From the NCBI GenBank assembly GCA_963810095.1, contig CAWEMM010000010.1, positions 224,001-288,000 of the forward strand: a DNA stretch of 64,000 nt, written 5' to 3'. A program made the translations under genes and the position numbers. The notes beneath the pieces were generated by a model. That model did no database searches. It had not been told where the DNA came from and worked only from the letters and a program-made list of their open reading frames with translations. The DNA comes from an uncultured Chloroflexia bacterium. Lineage in GTDB: Bacteria; Chloroflexota; Anaerolineae; CG2-30-64-16. Positions 17,458 through 31,562 of the stretch are shown one piece after another (positions within the stretch are counted from its first letter, which is position 1; each line of letters opens with the position of its first letter).

Positions 17458-18477
17458 CTAGTAGTTGGCGCCGCCGGCGATGGGGAGGCTGCGGCGCATG
17501 ACGGCGTAGTTTTCCAGCGCCCGGCCCGCACCCAGCGCCACGCACGCCAGCGGCTGCTCGGCCACGAACGCGGGCACGCCGGTTTCCTTGGTGACAAGGC
17601 GGTCGACGTTCCGCAGCTGCGCGCCGCCGCCGCTGAGCACCATGCCCCGGTCGATGATGTCTGCGGCCAGCTCGGGCGGGGTCTTTTCCAGTGTCTGGCG
17701 AATCACGCCGATGATGGCGGCCAACGGCTCGGCCATGGCCTCGGTGATCTCGCCTGAGGTGAGCATAATCGTCTTGGGCAGCCCGGCCACCTGGTCGCGG
17801 CCCCGCACTTCCATCTCCAGCTCCTCGGCCAGCGGAAGCGCGCTCCCGATCGTCAGCTTGATCTCCTCGGCCGTCTGCTCGCCGATGATGAGGTTATACT
17901 TCTTCCGGACGTAGCCCATGATCGACTCGTCGGTGCGAATGCCGCCGACGCGCACGCTCGACCAGACCACGATGTCGTTCATGGAGACCACAGCTGCCTC
18001 AGTCGTGCCGCCGCCCATATCGACCACCATGTTACCGCTTGGCGTGCCAATGGGCAGGCCCGCGCCGTAGGCCGCGGCGAGCGGTTCGGGGATCAGGTGA
18101 GCCTCTTTGGCGCCGGCCTGGACCGCAGCGTCGTGGACCGCCCGGCTCTCCACGCTCGTGACGCCCTTGGGAATGCTGATCATGACTCGCGGCTTGAACA
18201 TCTGGTTGCGACCGACAACCTTCCGGATGAAGTAACGCAGCATCGCCTCGGTCACCACGTAATCCGCGATCACGCCATCCCGCATGGGGCGCGCCACCTC
18301 GATGCTTTCGGGCGAGCGCCCGATCATGTCGCGCGCCTCTTGCCCCACTGCGACGATCTTGTTGTCCCGGATCGAGATGGCGACGACGGAGGGCTCGCGC
18401 AGGACGATGCCCCGGCCGCTGACGTATACCAAGACATTGACCGTACCGAGATCAATGCCGACGAGTCGTTCGAACAT
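17458..18477 (-). CDS. mreB: Rod shape-determining actin homolog
   Basis: [47 protein letters not shown]. Confidence 0.96.
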   Translation of the reverse strand: MFERLVGIDLGTVNVLVYVSGRGIVLREPSVVAISIRDNKIVAVGQEARDMIGRSPESIEVARPMRDGVIADYVVTEAMLRYFIRKVVGRNQMFKPRVMISIPKGVTSVESRAVHDAAVQAGAKEAHLIPEPLAAAYGAGLPIGTPSGNMVVDMGGGTTEAAVVSMNDIVVWSSVRVGGIRTDESIMGYVRKKYNLIIGEQTAEEIKLTIGSALPLAEELEMEVRGRDQVAGLPKTIMLTSGEITEAMAEPLAAIIGVIRQTLEKTPPELAADIIDRGMVLSGGGAQLRNVDRLVTKETGVPAFVAEQPLACVALGAGRALENYAVMRRSLPIAGGANY

Positions 18478-18679
18478 GATGGCTCCTGGGTGCCTGGGGT
18501 CCCCATAGTGTTGGGCGAACGCCGCGCTGCGTGCAGACGCGTGGCGGCGCGGCCGCCGGGTGGGGGTCTGGTGAATTATACGTCAGGCGATAGAGGGAAG
18601 CAAAACCGAACTGTATGGTGGCAAATTAGAAAAGCGGCCGAGGAGTGAACCTCGACCGCTTACCTGCTCTTGCTCGACG

Positions 18680-19138
18680 CTATCCCAGCCGCGACTGGTC
18701 GTCCTGCCCCGGCCCGGTCGTCCCGCGCCAGCCCCCCTGCCGCCGGCCCACGCGCAGGCGGATGTTGCTGCGTCGCAGCTGCATCTCCAGCCCCGAGCGT
18801 TCCTCGCGCGTGACCCCCTGTGCCAGCAACTCTTCGGCGCGGGCTCGGGCGGCCTCCGCACGCTGTACGTCGATCTCGTCGGATCGCTCGGCGGTGCGCG
18901 CCAGGATCGTGACCTGGTTGGGCAGCACCTCCATCCAGCCCCCGGAGACCGCGAAGAACAGGTCTTCCTGCCCTTCCCGCTTCACCCACACCTCGCCGGG
19001 CGCGAGGACCGTGATCATGGGCGCATGCCGCGGCAAGATGCCTAGCTCGCCGTCGATGCCCGGGGCCAGGATTTCGTTCACCTCACCCGAGAAGACCATG
19101 TGGTCCTGCGACACAAAGTCCAGGCGCACGCTAGCCAT
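18680..19138 (-). CDS. atpC: ATP synthase epsilon
   Basis: GELGILPRHAP, AVSGG; operon position. Confidence 0.95.
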   Translation of the reverse strand: MASVRLDFVSQDHMVFSGEVNEILAPGIDGELGILPRHAPMITVLAPGEVWVKREGQEDLFFAVSGGWMEVLPNQVTILARTAERSDEIDVQRAEAARARAEELLAQGVTREERSGLEMQLRRSNIRLRVGRRQGGWRGTTGPGQDDQSRLG

Positions 19139-19142
19139 GGGC

Positions 19143-20609
<1,467 letters not shown>

Positions 20610-21479
20610 TCATGCCGCAGTGAGCGCCGAGGCGCCCCCGACGATATCCAGTAGTTCTTTGGTGATGCCTTCCTGCCGGGCCTTGTTATACGACAGGGTC
20701 AGCTCGCCGATAAGATCGTTCGCAGCCTCGGTCGCATTGCGCATCGCAACCATGCGGGCCGATTCCTCGCTCGCAATCGACTCGTATACGGCCTGGAGGA
20801 TCTGCAATTCGGTCAGCCCGCGCAGCACTTCGTTCAGAATCGTCTGCGGGTCCGGCTCGAAGATGTAGTCCGTCGCGACGGCAGGCAGCGATTCGTCGGG
20901 GACGATCGGCAAGAGCTGCTTGACGACCGGTTCCTGGCGCAGCGTGGTCACGAAGTTCGTGTAGGCCATATACACGGCGTCGAACTGCTCTTCGATAAAG
21001 TCCTCGAGCAGGATGCTGGCGACGGGCGCGATATCATTGCTGGAGGGACGGGCGCTGAGCCCGGTGAATTCGGCACGCAGCGGCGGTCCGTGGCGCAACA
21101 TAATGTCGCGTCCTTTGCGGCCCACGGTCACGACGTTGACGTCTACCCCCGCGCCTTCCCAGGCTTCGATCTGGTCGAAGGCCTTGCGCAAGATGTTGGC
21201 ATTGTATGCGCCTGCCAGGCCGCGGTCGCCCGTAATCAGCAGCAGCGCAACCTTCTTCACATCACGCTGCTTGAGCAAGGGCTGCTCGACGCCTTCCGAG
21301 CGCAGCCGCGCCAGGTGGGTCAGCACAACCCACGAGCGCTCGGCATAGGGCCGCGTGGCGAGAACCTGCTGCTGCGCCTTGCGCATCTTGGCGGCAGATA
21401 CCGTCTCCATCGCCTTCGTCACTTTGGCGATGTTCTTGACGCTCCGGATGCGGCGGCGGATTTCGCGAGTGCTGGGCAT
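20610..21479 (-). CDS. atpG: ATP synthase gamma
   Basis: IRRRIRSVKN, KVTKAME, DRGLAGAYN, ARMVAM, ARQEGIT. Confidence 0.97.
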   Translation of the reverse strand: MPSTREIRRRIRSVKNIAKVTKAMETVSAAKMRKAQQQVLATRPYAERSWVVLTHLARLRSEGVEQPLLKQRDVKKVALLLITGDRGLAGAYNANILRKAFDQIEAWEGAGVDVNVVTVGRKGRDIMLRHGPPLRAEFTGLSARPSSNDIAPVASILLEDFIEEQFDAVYMAYTNFVTTLRQEPVVKQLLPIVPDESLPAVATDYIFEPDPQTILNEVLRGLTELQILQAVYESIASEESARMVAMRNATEAANDLIGELTLSYNKARQEGITKELLDIVGGASALTAA

Positions 21480-21496
21480 GTTTCTCCTTCGCGGGA

Positions 21497-21547
21497 GAAA
21501 CCTCCGAGGTTTTCAGTGCCCGACAAAGGCGCAACCTCGGAGGTTTG
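21497..21547. repeat. REP-like palindrome between atpA and atpG
   Basis: AAACCTCCGAGGTT...AACCTCGGAGGTTT. Confidence 0.6.
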
Positions 21548-21548
21548 C

Positions 21549-23064
<1,516 letters not shown>

Positions 23065-23127
23065 TGCCGTCCCCTTCTTGTGCCCGGCGACCGCAGGTCG
23101 CCCCTACACGCGCCTACAGCCGGCGGC

Positions 23128-23660
23128 TCAACTCGCGCTGACGCCGAGCGTCTGCTTCAACGCGGCCAGCCGTGAGGCTACGCTGCCGTCAATTAGCTTG
23201 TCGCCGACGCGGATAATCATGCCGCCCAGAATCGCGCTGTCGACTTTATATTCGTATGCCAAGTTGCTGCCGTACTGGCTCACGAGCTTCGCCTCCACCG
23301 CCTGCCGCTGGTCGGCCGCGAGTGGCGTCGCCGTGGTGACCTCCACGGGCGTAGGCCCGCCTGCGGTCTGCTGCATGCGCGCCCGAAGCGACGTGATGAC
23401 CTCCCCGAGCATGGGCAGTTCGCCGTGCTGCAGCAGCGTATAGAGCAGGTTGCGGGCCATGGGGTCCACGCCATCGACCAGGAGCCCGTTAAGCGCAACC
23501 TGGCGTTCGGCGAAGTCGACCTCGGTCGACTGGAGCCGTTGCAGCAGTGCCGGCTGCTGGGCCAACGCTTGCGCGGCTGCGCTCAGCGACCCAAGCAGAC
23601 GCTCGAAGGTCGCCTCTACAAAGGCAGCGGCGTAGTTTTCGCGCGATCGCCGGTGTTCAT
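23128..23660 (-). CDS. atpH: ATP synthase delta (frameshift in the A run near 23638)
   Basis: MNTGDRA / NYAAAF; VDSAILGGMIIRVGDKLIDGSV. Confidence 0.9.
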
Positions 23661-23664
23661 GGCG

Positions 23665-24153
23665 TCACTTGCCCATTTCCGCCAGAACCTGGTCCACCAA
23701 CTGGCGCTGCGCAGCCGCATCGACGGCGCGGCCGAGGACCTTTTCTGTGGCAGCCATCGAGAGCGCGGCGATCTGACTCTGGACCTCGGACAGGAGACGT
23801 GCCTTCTCGGCCTGAGCCTCTTCGTGCGCCTTCTGGCGGATGGCGTCTGCCTCGCGGCGGGCGTCGGCTTCGATCTCCACGCGGACCTTCTCGCCCGATT
23901 GGGCTGCCTGGCCGATAATTTCCTGGGCCTTGCGCTGCGCCTCAGCGATGTGCCGGTCGTAGTCTGCCTGGGCCCTGGCCGCGGCCTCGCGCGCCGCGTC
24001 GACGTCGGCCATGCTCTTGGCAATGCGGTCGCGCCGCTCCGCCAGGACGCGCTGTATGGGTTTATACAGCAGAGCCGACAACAGGATCACGAGCAGCGTG
24101 AAGTTGACGATCTGCGAAACAAGCAGTGACAGGTTGATGCCAAGCGCTTCCAA
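23665..24153 (-). CDS. atpF: ATP synthase subunit b
   Basis: LGIN..LVSQIVNF, LYKPI, coiled coil. Confidence 0.95.
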   Translation of the reverse strand: MEALGINLSLLVSQIVNFTLLVILLSALLYKPIQRVLAERRDRIAKSMADVDAAREAAARAQADYDRHIAEAQRKAQEIIGQAAQSGEKVRVEIEADARREADAIRQKAHEEAQAEKARLLSEVQSQIAALSMAATEKVLGRAVDAAAQRQLVDQVLAEMGK

Positions 24154-24220
24154 GTGGCCTCCTTTTAGCGGGCGTTCTTGTTTGAGGCCCAGGGGCCCTC
24201 AAACAGAGAGCGACACTAAA

Positions 24221-24448
24221 CTACACGAACTTGATAATCAGCGCGACCACCAGGGCGTAGATCGCGATGGCTTCGGCGAAGGCCATGCCCAGGATCATGT
24301 TGGTACGGACAATGTCGGCAGCTTCAGGGTTGCGGCCGATGGCTTCCATGGCTTTGGCGCCAACCAGGCCGACACCAATGCCGGGGCCAATCGCACCCAG
24401 GCCAATTGCCAGTGCGGTCCCAAGCTGCTTCATTGCTTCTGCGTCCAT
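24221..24448 (-). CDS. atpE: ATP synthase subunit c (H+-type motif)
   Basis: GLGAIGPGIG, RNPE, FAEAIAIY. Confidence 0.97.
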   Translation of the reverse strand: MDAEAMKQLGTALAIGLGAIGPGIGVGLVGAKAMEAIGRNPEAADIVRTNMILGMAFAEAIAIYALVVALIIKFV

Positions 24449-24511
24449 GTGTGTCTCCTCTCGCTGTTACAAAGATGACGGGTGAATGGATGATACGATT
24501 TAGGAACGGCC

Positions 24512-25534
24512 CTATGCGCCCGGCGCTGTCGGAGCAGCTACCGGCTCGGGAAGCCCTGCCGCCTCGTGCGCCTGGTGGGTCTCGCCGCCACCGTGGCCCT
24601 CAGTTGCCATGCTCATGAACACGACCGCCAGCATCATGAACACTGCCGCCTGGATGAAGCCCACGAAGAGCTCCAGACCGTAGAACGGCAGCGACGCGAT
24701 GTACGGAATCAGGAACGCCATGACCAGCAGCAGAACTTCGCCGGCGAAGACGTTGCCAAATAGACGGAAGGAGAAAGAGAGCAGGCGGGCGAGCTCGCCG
24801 ACAAGCTCAAGTATGCCGACGAAGATGCCGATGAGGCCCATGAAGGCGCCCTGCTTGAAACCGCTGATATCGAAGAACTTCTTGAAATAGCGGCCTCGCT
24901 GCGCCTTGACGCCGAAGTACTGCGTAAGAACCACGGTGACGACGGCCAGGGCCAGGGTGAAGTTCAGATCGGCCGAAGGTGCGCGGAACCACGGCACGAC
25001 GATATATCCTTCCCCCGCCGGAGCGGGTTCTGCCGTCAGCACAGCGCCGTTCGCCACAAAACCGGTTGTCCCCTCGCCATGCGGGTGCTCGAGCCACCCG
25101 ATGGTGCCGACGCCGGGCAGCAGGCCCGCGTAGTTCGAGAACAGGACGAAAAGGAAGATCGTGCCGACAATGGGGAAGAGCTTCGGGGTCCAGACGCCTG
25201 CCACGCCCCGGGTCAGGTTATAGATCGCTTCGATGATCATCTCGAAGACGTTCTGCACCCCGCTGGGGACCAGGTCAGCGTTGCTGGCCCGGCTCATGTC
25301 CTTGGGGATGCGCCGCGTTGCCAGCAGCGCCAGGACGATCAGGAAGATCATGACGATCCAGGTCAGGAGCAGGCTGTTCGTGACGGTAAAGAACCCGATG
25401 TGGAAGACCGGCTCGGCGGCCAGCGACACGACGGGGGCCGGCACTTTCAGGCCCAGCGCGGCCGAGATGGCGAAGAGCGCAATAATCCCAACCAGGATGA
25501 TGATATTGCGGACGGTGAAGAGCCTCTTAAGCAC
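24512..25534 (-). CDS. atpB: ATP synthase subunit a
   Basis: RAPSADLN, SFSFRLFGNVFAGE, ELFVGFIQA. Confidence 0.96.
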   Translation of the reverse strand: MLKRLFTVRNIIILVGIIALFAISAALGLKVPAPVVSLAAEPVFHIGFFTVTNSLLLTWIVMIFLIVLALLATRRIPKDMSRASNADLVPSGVQNVFEMIIEAIYNLTRGVAGVWTPKLFPIVGTIFLFVLFSNYAGLLPGVGTIGWLEHPHGEGTTGFVANGAVLTAEPAPAGEGYIVVPWFRAPSADLNFTLALAVVTVVLTQYFGVKAQRGRYFKKFFDISGFKQGAFMGLIGIFVGILELVGELARLLSFSFRLFGNVFAGEVLLLVMAFLIPYIASLPFYGLELFVGFIQAAVFMMLAVVFMSMATEGHGGGETHQAHEAAGLPEPVAAPTAPGA

Positions 25535-25539
25535 GATGC

Positions 25540-25815
25540 CTAATCCTCCTTATCGTCTACGTGCCCCGGTTGCGGCGAGCCGCCAGGCTGCTGAGCCGAG
25601 GACTGCTTCCCAAGAGCGTCAAGGGTTCGTGTGGCGATGCGCACTGCGCCAATGGTGCTCGCCAAAATGCCGATTATTGCGCCGATAATAATGAACAAAG
25701 GGGCTGTACCGAGACGGCGGTCCAATAGTACACCAACACCCAAGGGGACTAATGTGGAAAGGGCCACAATCCATCCCATTTGCAGCAAGGGTGTGGAAGA
25801 AAGCAAATCTTTCAC
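25540..25815 (-). CDS. AtpZ/AtpI-like first gene of the atp operon
   Basis: Two TMs flanking GVLLDRRLGTAP. Confidence 0.8.
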   Translation of the reverse strand: MKDLLSSTPLLQMGWIVALSTLVPLGVGVLLDRRLGTAPLFIIIGAIIGILASTIGAVRIATRTLDALGKQSSAQQPGGSPQPGHVDDKED

Positions 25816-25853
25816 CGGCCGCGCCCCAGGTCACCCGACTTTTGGCTGGGCGG

Positions 25854-25882
25854 ATTATAGCAGGTAGTGTTTGCGGGCGCAA
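25854..25882 (-). promoter_or_regulatory. atp operon promoter
   Basis: TTGCGC-N17-TATAAT with extended TG. Confidence 0.6.
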
Positions 25883-25940
25883 ATTGAACGTGACTCTTTT
25901 TACACAATGTTGTTGCTTAATGCAGGGACACGGCAGGCTC

Positions 25941-26501
25941 TCATGGGCCGTAATAGATCTTGCGGCCGCGGCCCCGGGTGCCGCGGCGCCGCCGCGGTTC
26001 GCCCGCGGCCTCGTCCACCTTTCGCAGCGACTCGAGCGGAACCTCGGCCCGGTTGGTCTCGCCGAGGAAGCGGACCAGGATCCGCACGCGCTCTGACGGG
26101 CCAAGCGGCCCCTGGAAGATGCCCCGCAGGCCGGCCAGCGGGCCGCTGTCGATGACGACCGTGTCTCCCGGCTTGAACGAATGCTTGAGCAGCCCGCCGG
26201 CCGCTTCGATCTCGTCCAGTTCCTGTGCCATCATCGCGATGGCGTCCTCGCTGACGACCGCCGGCTTGCCGGCGAACTCGACAATGCGGCGCAAGCCCGG
26301 CAGGAACTGCAGCTCGTCGACGTTGACCTCGGCAAGGTTGCACCGGACGAAGAGGTAGGACGGAAACAACGGCTGAGGTCGGGCGTCGGGCTTCGGGGGC
26401 GGCAGCAAGGGGAGGAAGAAACTAAAACCACGCGCTTCCAGGCCGCGTGCCACCTGGGCCTCGGCGTTTGGCTTCGTATACAGGGCATACCACGCATCCA
26501 T
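25941..26501 (-). CDS. NusG paralog (RfaH/UpxY-like antiterminator)
   Basis: WYALYTKP..E, PLFPSYLFV, KOW FKPGDTVVIDSGPLAG; Arg-rich tail. Confidence 0.88.
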   Translation of the reverse strand: MDAWYALYTKPNAEAQVARGLEARGFSFFLPLLPPPKPDARPQPLFPSYLFVRCNLAEVNVDELQFLPGLRRIVEFAGKPAVVSEDAIAMMAQELDEIEAAGGLLKHSFKPGDTVVIDSGPLAGLRGIFQGPLGPSERVRILVRFLGETNRAEVPLESLRKVDEAAGEPRRRRGTRGRGRKIYYGP

Positions 26502-26569
26502 GACTCACCCACTTTCACGCGGCCCGAAGCCGTGTCAACGCTCGCGGGCGGCAGTGCTATAATCGCGCC

Positions 26570-27674
26570 ATGCCGCGTCCTGATCGTCTCCCCGTTTGGC
26601 ACTGCCGTTAACCCCTATATTGGGCTGTTCAGCGGCGGGCTGACGGCCGCGGGCGCCGAGGTGCGTGAAACGAGGAGGTTGGAGCCCGCCGACCTTTCGG
26701 CTGCGGCACGGCCCGCCGTCATTCACCTGCACTGGGTCGAACAATACGACCGGCCGGCGGTGCTCCAGCCGCGCGCCAAGGGCGGACCGGCGCGCACTTT
26801 GCAGCGTGTTGCGCTGCGTCCGCTTAACGCGGGTCTCGGGTATGAAGCCCGGCGCTGGCAGCGCTTCCGCGCCTTGTTCGCCCGGCTCGCGGCCTTCCGG
26901 CGGACCGGCGGCCGCGTCGCCTACACCGTCCACAACCTTGACCCCCACGAGGCCGGCTCGCCCCCTGAGCGCTGGGCGCTGGGGAAGATGATTGCAACGG
27001 CCGACATTCTGCACGTTCACGACGTGTCGACAGCTGAAGCCATCGGCGACCGTTACGGCCGCCGGACGGGCGTCGTCGTTATCCCGCACGGCCACTACCT
27101 GACCGCGTACCCCAACGAGGTGGGCAGAGCAGGGGCCCGCGCCCGCCTCGCGCTGCCCGAGGGTGCCTTCGTCTTCGTGTGCCTGGGCCAGATGCGGCCG
27201 TACAAGGGGCTCGAGGAATTGCTCCCCGCGTTTCGCCAGTTAGCCGGAGACTCGGCGCGGCTCCTGGTCGCGGGCCGGCCGCCCGACGAGTCGTATCTTC
27301 AGCGGCTGCGCGGGCTGGCCGCGGACGATGGCCGTGTGACGCTTGAGCCGCGCTTCATCCCGCCTGAAGAGGTGCAGATCTACCTGAACGCCGCCGATAT
27401 CGCGGTGCTGCCCTACCGCCAGATCACGACGTCGGGCGCGGCGCTGCTGGCGTTCTCGTTTGGGCTTCCGGTCATCGCACCGGCGATCGGCGCGTTCCCC
27501 AACCTGGTGCGGCCAGAGCGCGGCATCCTGTACGAGCCCGGCCGCCTGCTCGATGCAATGAGATCGGCGCCGCGCACCGACTGGACGCAAACGCGCCCTG
27601 CGACGCTGGCTTGGGTCGGCCAATTTGATTGGGGTGAAATAGGGCGCCGGTTGCTTGAGGCGTACATCCGGTAG
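26570..27674 (+). CDS. GT4-family glycosyltransferase (probable 1-nt error right after the ATG)
   Basis: NPY, IHLHW, TVHN, IPHG, GQMRPYKG, TTSGAALLAFSFG; ATG 26570 is one base out of frame with RVLIVSP. Confidence 0.88.
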
Positions 27675-27740
27675 TGCGGGCGCGGCGCAGCTACGACTGG
27701 TCTACCTGCACGTGCAGGATCGGCGGCTCGGCAGCGGGGA

Positions 27741-28633
27741 CTACAACCGGTAGACCATGACGGCCAGGGCGTGACCCGTCTGGCGGAAGCCAAGCGACTC
27801 GTATAAGCTGCGGGAGATCCGGTTGCTGGCCTGGGTGTTGAGCGCCAGCCCGGGGGCCTTGACGCCGCGGGCAAAATGGATGGCATCTGTCACCAACTGG
27901 CGGCCGATGCCTTGGCCCTGGTAGCTGGGGGCCGTGGCCACACGGATCAGGTGCGCATAGCTGCCCGACAAGCCGGTCGTCGTGATCGAGAAGGCGGCGG
28001 GGCGCCCGTCCACTTCTGCCAGCACCGAGCGGTCCGAGGTCAGCAGCCAGCCGAGGACCACCGAGTCGTCATACTGCCAGAAGGGCCCGAAGGCCAGCGC
28101 ATTGATTTCCAGGACGGCATCCGCATCGGTGGGCCGGGCAGGGCGGATGACCGCGGGCGCCTGCGTCGGGCAGCACCCGGCGACCGTCGGTATGCGCGTA
28201 GGTGATGACCTCGTCCTCTGCCTTGAACCCCGCACCTGCCAGGCCCTCCTGGAGCCAGCCCAGGCGGAGCAAGACAAACGATGCCTTTCGCCCCCGAGCC
28301 TCGAAGCGCGGGCGCAGCTGCCCTCGTCAGCGCGGCGAGAGTCCCGTCAAGCTTGCCCGCGCCCTCGATGGCCGCCAGGTTCAGGTCGGCCCAGATCTCA
28401 TCCTCCTGGCCGGCAGGGGCGCGCAGGTGGAGGCCAAAGAAGCCCTGTGCTTCGCCCTGCAAGAACGAGATCGTGCTAAACCCATTGTGCAGGAGCTCGA
28501 TCTGGTCGTCGAGCGAGGCACTGCCATGCCGCCGCCAGCTGCGCGCGAGCAGTTGATTCAGGGCACCCCGGTCGCCCGGTTCTGCCGCCCGAACCATTGC
28601 CTGTTCCTCACGTGTGAAGGGCCACAGTGACAT
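27741..28633 (-). CDS. Tandem GNAT acetyltransferase (frameshifted near 28150-28270)
   Basis: VRAAEPGD and IRPARPTD, RVATAPSYQGQGIGRQL, NTQASN, LYESLGF. Confidence 0.82.
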
Positions 28634-28756
28634 GGGCGAAGTATGCCACAACGATCCATCCGTGCAAGTGAGCCCTTATACGGGTGGGTGTCCGGCGCCC
28701 GTTGCCATAACCTCGAGGTCTTTGAACACCAACAAAAACCCTCCGGAAGGCTCCTC

Positions 28757-30443
28757 TTACACTGTTCGGATCGTCTGCCCCTCCATGACCCACACCCGGG
28801 TCGCCAGGCGTTCGATGAAGTAGCGGTCGTGAACCACCGCCAGGACGGTCCCCTCAAACCGGGCGATGCGCCTGCTCAAAACGCTCGCGGGAGGGGATAT
28901 CGAGGTGGTTGATCGGCTCGTCAAGCAGCAGGAAGTTGCACCCTTGCACGGCCAGCAGGGCCAGGCCCAACCGGCTGCGTTCCCCGAAGCTCAACCGGCC
29001 GACCGGCGTGAATACCTCGTCGCCGCCGAACAGGAAGTAGTGCAGGAAGGAGCGGGCGTCCGTCTCGTCCAGCGGCGCGGCATTTCGAATGAGGCTCAGC
29101 GGCGTGGCCTTCGGGTCCATGTTTTCCTGCTCCTGGGCCATATAGCCAACCCTGACGCCGCGGCCGAGGCGGATTTCGCCGCTCCACGGCCCAAGCTGGC
29201 CGAGGATCAGCTTAAGCAGCGTGGTCTTGCCCGTGCCGTTGGGGCCGATCAGCATCGCCCGCTCGCCGTAGCCAAGGTGCAGGTTCACTTCGTCGAGCAA
29301 GGCCGCGTCGCGCGATGGCGCGCCGTACCCGAACCGGAGGTCGTGGACCTGCAGCACATCCTGGCCGCTGCGCGGTGTGTCCGCGAACTCGAGCTTCATC
29401 TTCCAGGTTTGTGCGGGCTTGTCCAGCGCATCCTCGCTGTCCATCATGCGTTCGAGCCGTTCCTTCTGCACGACGGCACGCCGGGCCAGGTCCTTGGCGA
29501 TGCGCCGCCAGTAGAAGTGAATGGTCTCGCCTTCGATGTTCTTGGCCTGGCTGCTCAGCCGCCGGATCGAGCTTTCCAGCTTGCGAAAGCGCTCCTGCTG
29601 CTCCCGGTAGGCCGCCCATTGCTTGTCCAGTTCGCGGTCGATCGTGAACGCATAGTCGCTGTAACCACCCGCATACTCCTTGAGCGTGCGCGTGATGTCG
29701 TCGAGCGCCAGGACGCGCGTGACCGTCCGGTCGAGAAACGCGCGGTCGTGCGAGACGATCAGCACCGCGCCGGGGTAGCCGGCCAGGTACTGCTCCAGCC
29801 ATTCCAGCGCGACGATGTCCAGGTGATTGGTCGGTTCGTCGAGCAGCAGCAGGTCCGGCTCGGAGAGCAAGAGCCGCGCAAGCCCGAGCCGGGTCTTCTG
29901 CCCGCCCGACAGGCTGCTGACCAGGCGCGCCGGCCCGACGTCGGCCATGCCCAGGCCGGCCAGCACCGCCGCTGCGTCCGCGTACCGCTTCGAGCCGCCG
30001 AGCGCCTGGAATTCCGTCAGCGCGGTGTCGTACGCCGCCATCGCGGCTTCAAGTTGGCCGTTCGTCGCCGCCGCCACCGCTTCGGCCAGCCGGGCCAGCC
30101 GCGTCTCGGCTGCCTCTCGGCCGGGCAGGCCCGCCTCATCTGCCTCGCCCCCGGCGCATTCCGGCGCGGCACACTCCGCCGCGGCCAGCACGTCGCCCAC
30201 GACTGCGTCGGGCGCAAACTCGAGCGCCTGGGCCAGGTAGCCGGTCCGGACCGACTTCGGCGATAGCAGGACGTGTCCCCGGTCGGGCGCGAGCTGCCCG
30301 GTCACGATCCGGAGCAGCGTGGTTTTTCCCGATCCGTTCGGCCCGATCAGGCCTGCCCGCTCGCCGCGATTCAATGTGAAGTTGACTCGGTCCAGCACCT
30401 TGACGTCGCCGAACCACTTGGTAATATCTCGGACTGTAAGCAT
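28757..30443 (-). CDS. ABC-F family ATPase (ribosome-associated; frameshift near 28865)
   Basis: Two NBDs (GPNGSGKT, LSGGQ, LDEPTNHLD; GPNGTGKT, LSFGE, LDEPINHLD), no TM; tail VVHDRYF in another frame. Confidence 0.92.
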
Positions 30444-30661
30444 ACGCAACCCTCATGCACGAAAGGGGCGCGCCTGTTGCTGCGCAGGTCGGGCTTTAAA
30501 GCAAAACGCCACAAGCGTACTGCCTGTGGCGCTGAATAGCCCTTTGAAGATTGGCATGTTCGATCACAGCAGGCGCGCCCCGCCACGTTCCCCAGCGCCG
30601 CAAACGCGCGCCGGGTGGTCTCCGCAAGGTGGTTTTCCACCCGGAAGCGGGGTGAGACTCT

Positions 30662-30685
30662 TTAGGCTGTGATCCTGTCTGTCAT
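30662..30685 (-). CDS. Putative leader peptide MTDRITA upstream of the ABC-F gene
   Basis: GGAGG, 8-nt spacer, ATG...TAA; followed by a structured leader of about 220 nt. Confidence 0.55.
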   Translation of the reverse strand: MTDRITA

Positions 30686-30768
30686 CTGTGCAACCTCCAC
30701 TGGATAGTGGTAGTATGCCATGAAGTGACCAGCCTGGCAAATTGCCTTCTTGACACTCAAGAAAGGAC

Positions 30769-31248
30769 ATGAAGATGGAACCTCGGATCGTGACGAAAGA
30801 AGCGTTCGCCGTCGTCGGCATCCCGTTCAAGGGCCAAATCAGCAGCGGTCCGTACGAGGACGGCGAGAACAACAACGAGATCGGTAAGGCTTGGGACGCG
30901 TTTAACGCCCGGGCCGGCGAGATTACGGGCTGGAGTTCACCTGCCATTGGGCTGTGCTTCGGCATGCCAAACGACGATGAGCCGTGGTACATTGCGGGCG
31001 CCGAAGTGGCCCACGCCGGCGCTGTGCCCGAGGGCATGGTGGCGCGCGACGTGCCTGCGCAAAAGTACGCCGTCTTCGAGTGCACCCTGCCCACCCTCGG
31101 CGAGACCTACAAGTACATCATGGAAGAGTGGCAGCCTGCTTCGGGCTACGAACGCGCCGATGCGCCCGATTTCGAGGTATATGACGATAACTGGGCGATG
31201 AACGACCCCGCCGGCTCGCCCATGTACGTGTATTGGCCCATCCGGTAG
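30769..31248 (+). CDS. GyrI-like small-molecule-binding domain protein
   Basis: MEPRIV.KEAF.VVG, IGKAW..F, VPAQKYAVF, EEWQP, PDFEVY. Confidence 0.88.
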   Translation: MKMEPRIVTKEAFAVVGIPFKGQISSGPYEDGENNNEIGKAWDAFNARAGEITGWSSPAIGLCFGMPNDDEPWYIAGAEVAHAGAVPEGMVARDVPAQKYAVFECTLPTLGETYKYIMEEWQPASGYERADAPDFEVYDDNWAMNDPAGSPMYVYWPIR

Positions 31249-31562
31249 CCCGCTAAATCGAGCGCCAGCCGATATTGCTCTGGCCGGTCTGCTACGCCAG
31301 CCTGGCTGGCGCCCGAGCCAGGGGGGCACGGTCAGAGACCCGCCCCAGCGGACATTTTCACGCTGCGACTCGTTAGTCCCCCCGGTCGAGGCTCGGCCCG
31401 CTCAAACCGCCCGAGCCTCGACGCCAGTTTTTCTTGATCCCCTTGGCTTGTCGTTTGACAGCCGCTTGGGTGTATAATCGGTTCACCGTTGCCCTTATAC
31501 CGCGGAGCCACCCACATGATCTCGCATCGCACCGTACTCGCGCGGACATCTGGTCCCGGCGT

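Noticed and set aside
24221-24448. Na+-coupled ATP synthase
   Set aside because: Subunit c reads EAIAIY and lacks the Gln and ES/T sodium-binding signature
25889-25904. Crp-like site CGTGA-N6-TTACA upstream of atp
   Set aside because: Two mismatches and a non-canonical position (about -49.5); too weak on its own
31455-31478. TTGACA and TATAAT upstream of the LCP gene as a consensus promoter
   Set aside because: The spacer is only 12 nt, so the pair cannot be a standard -35/-10; the -10 alone may be real
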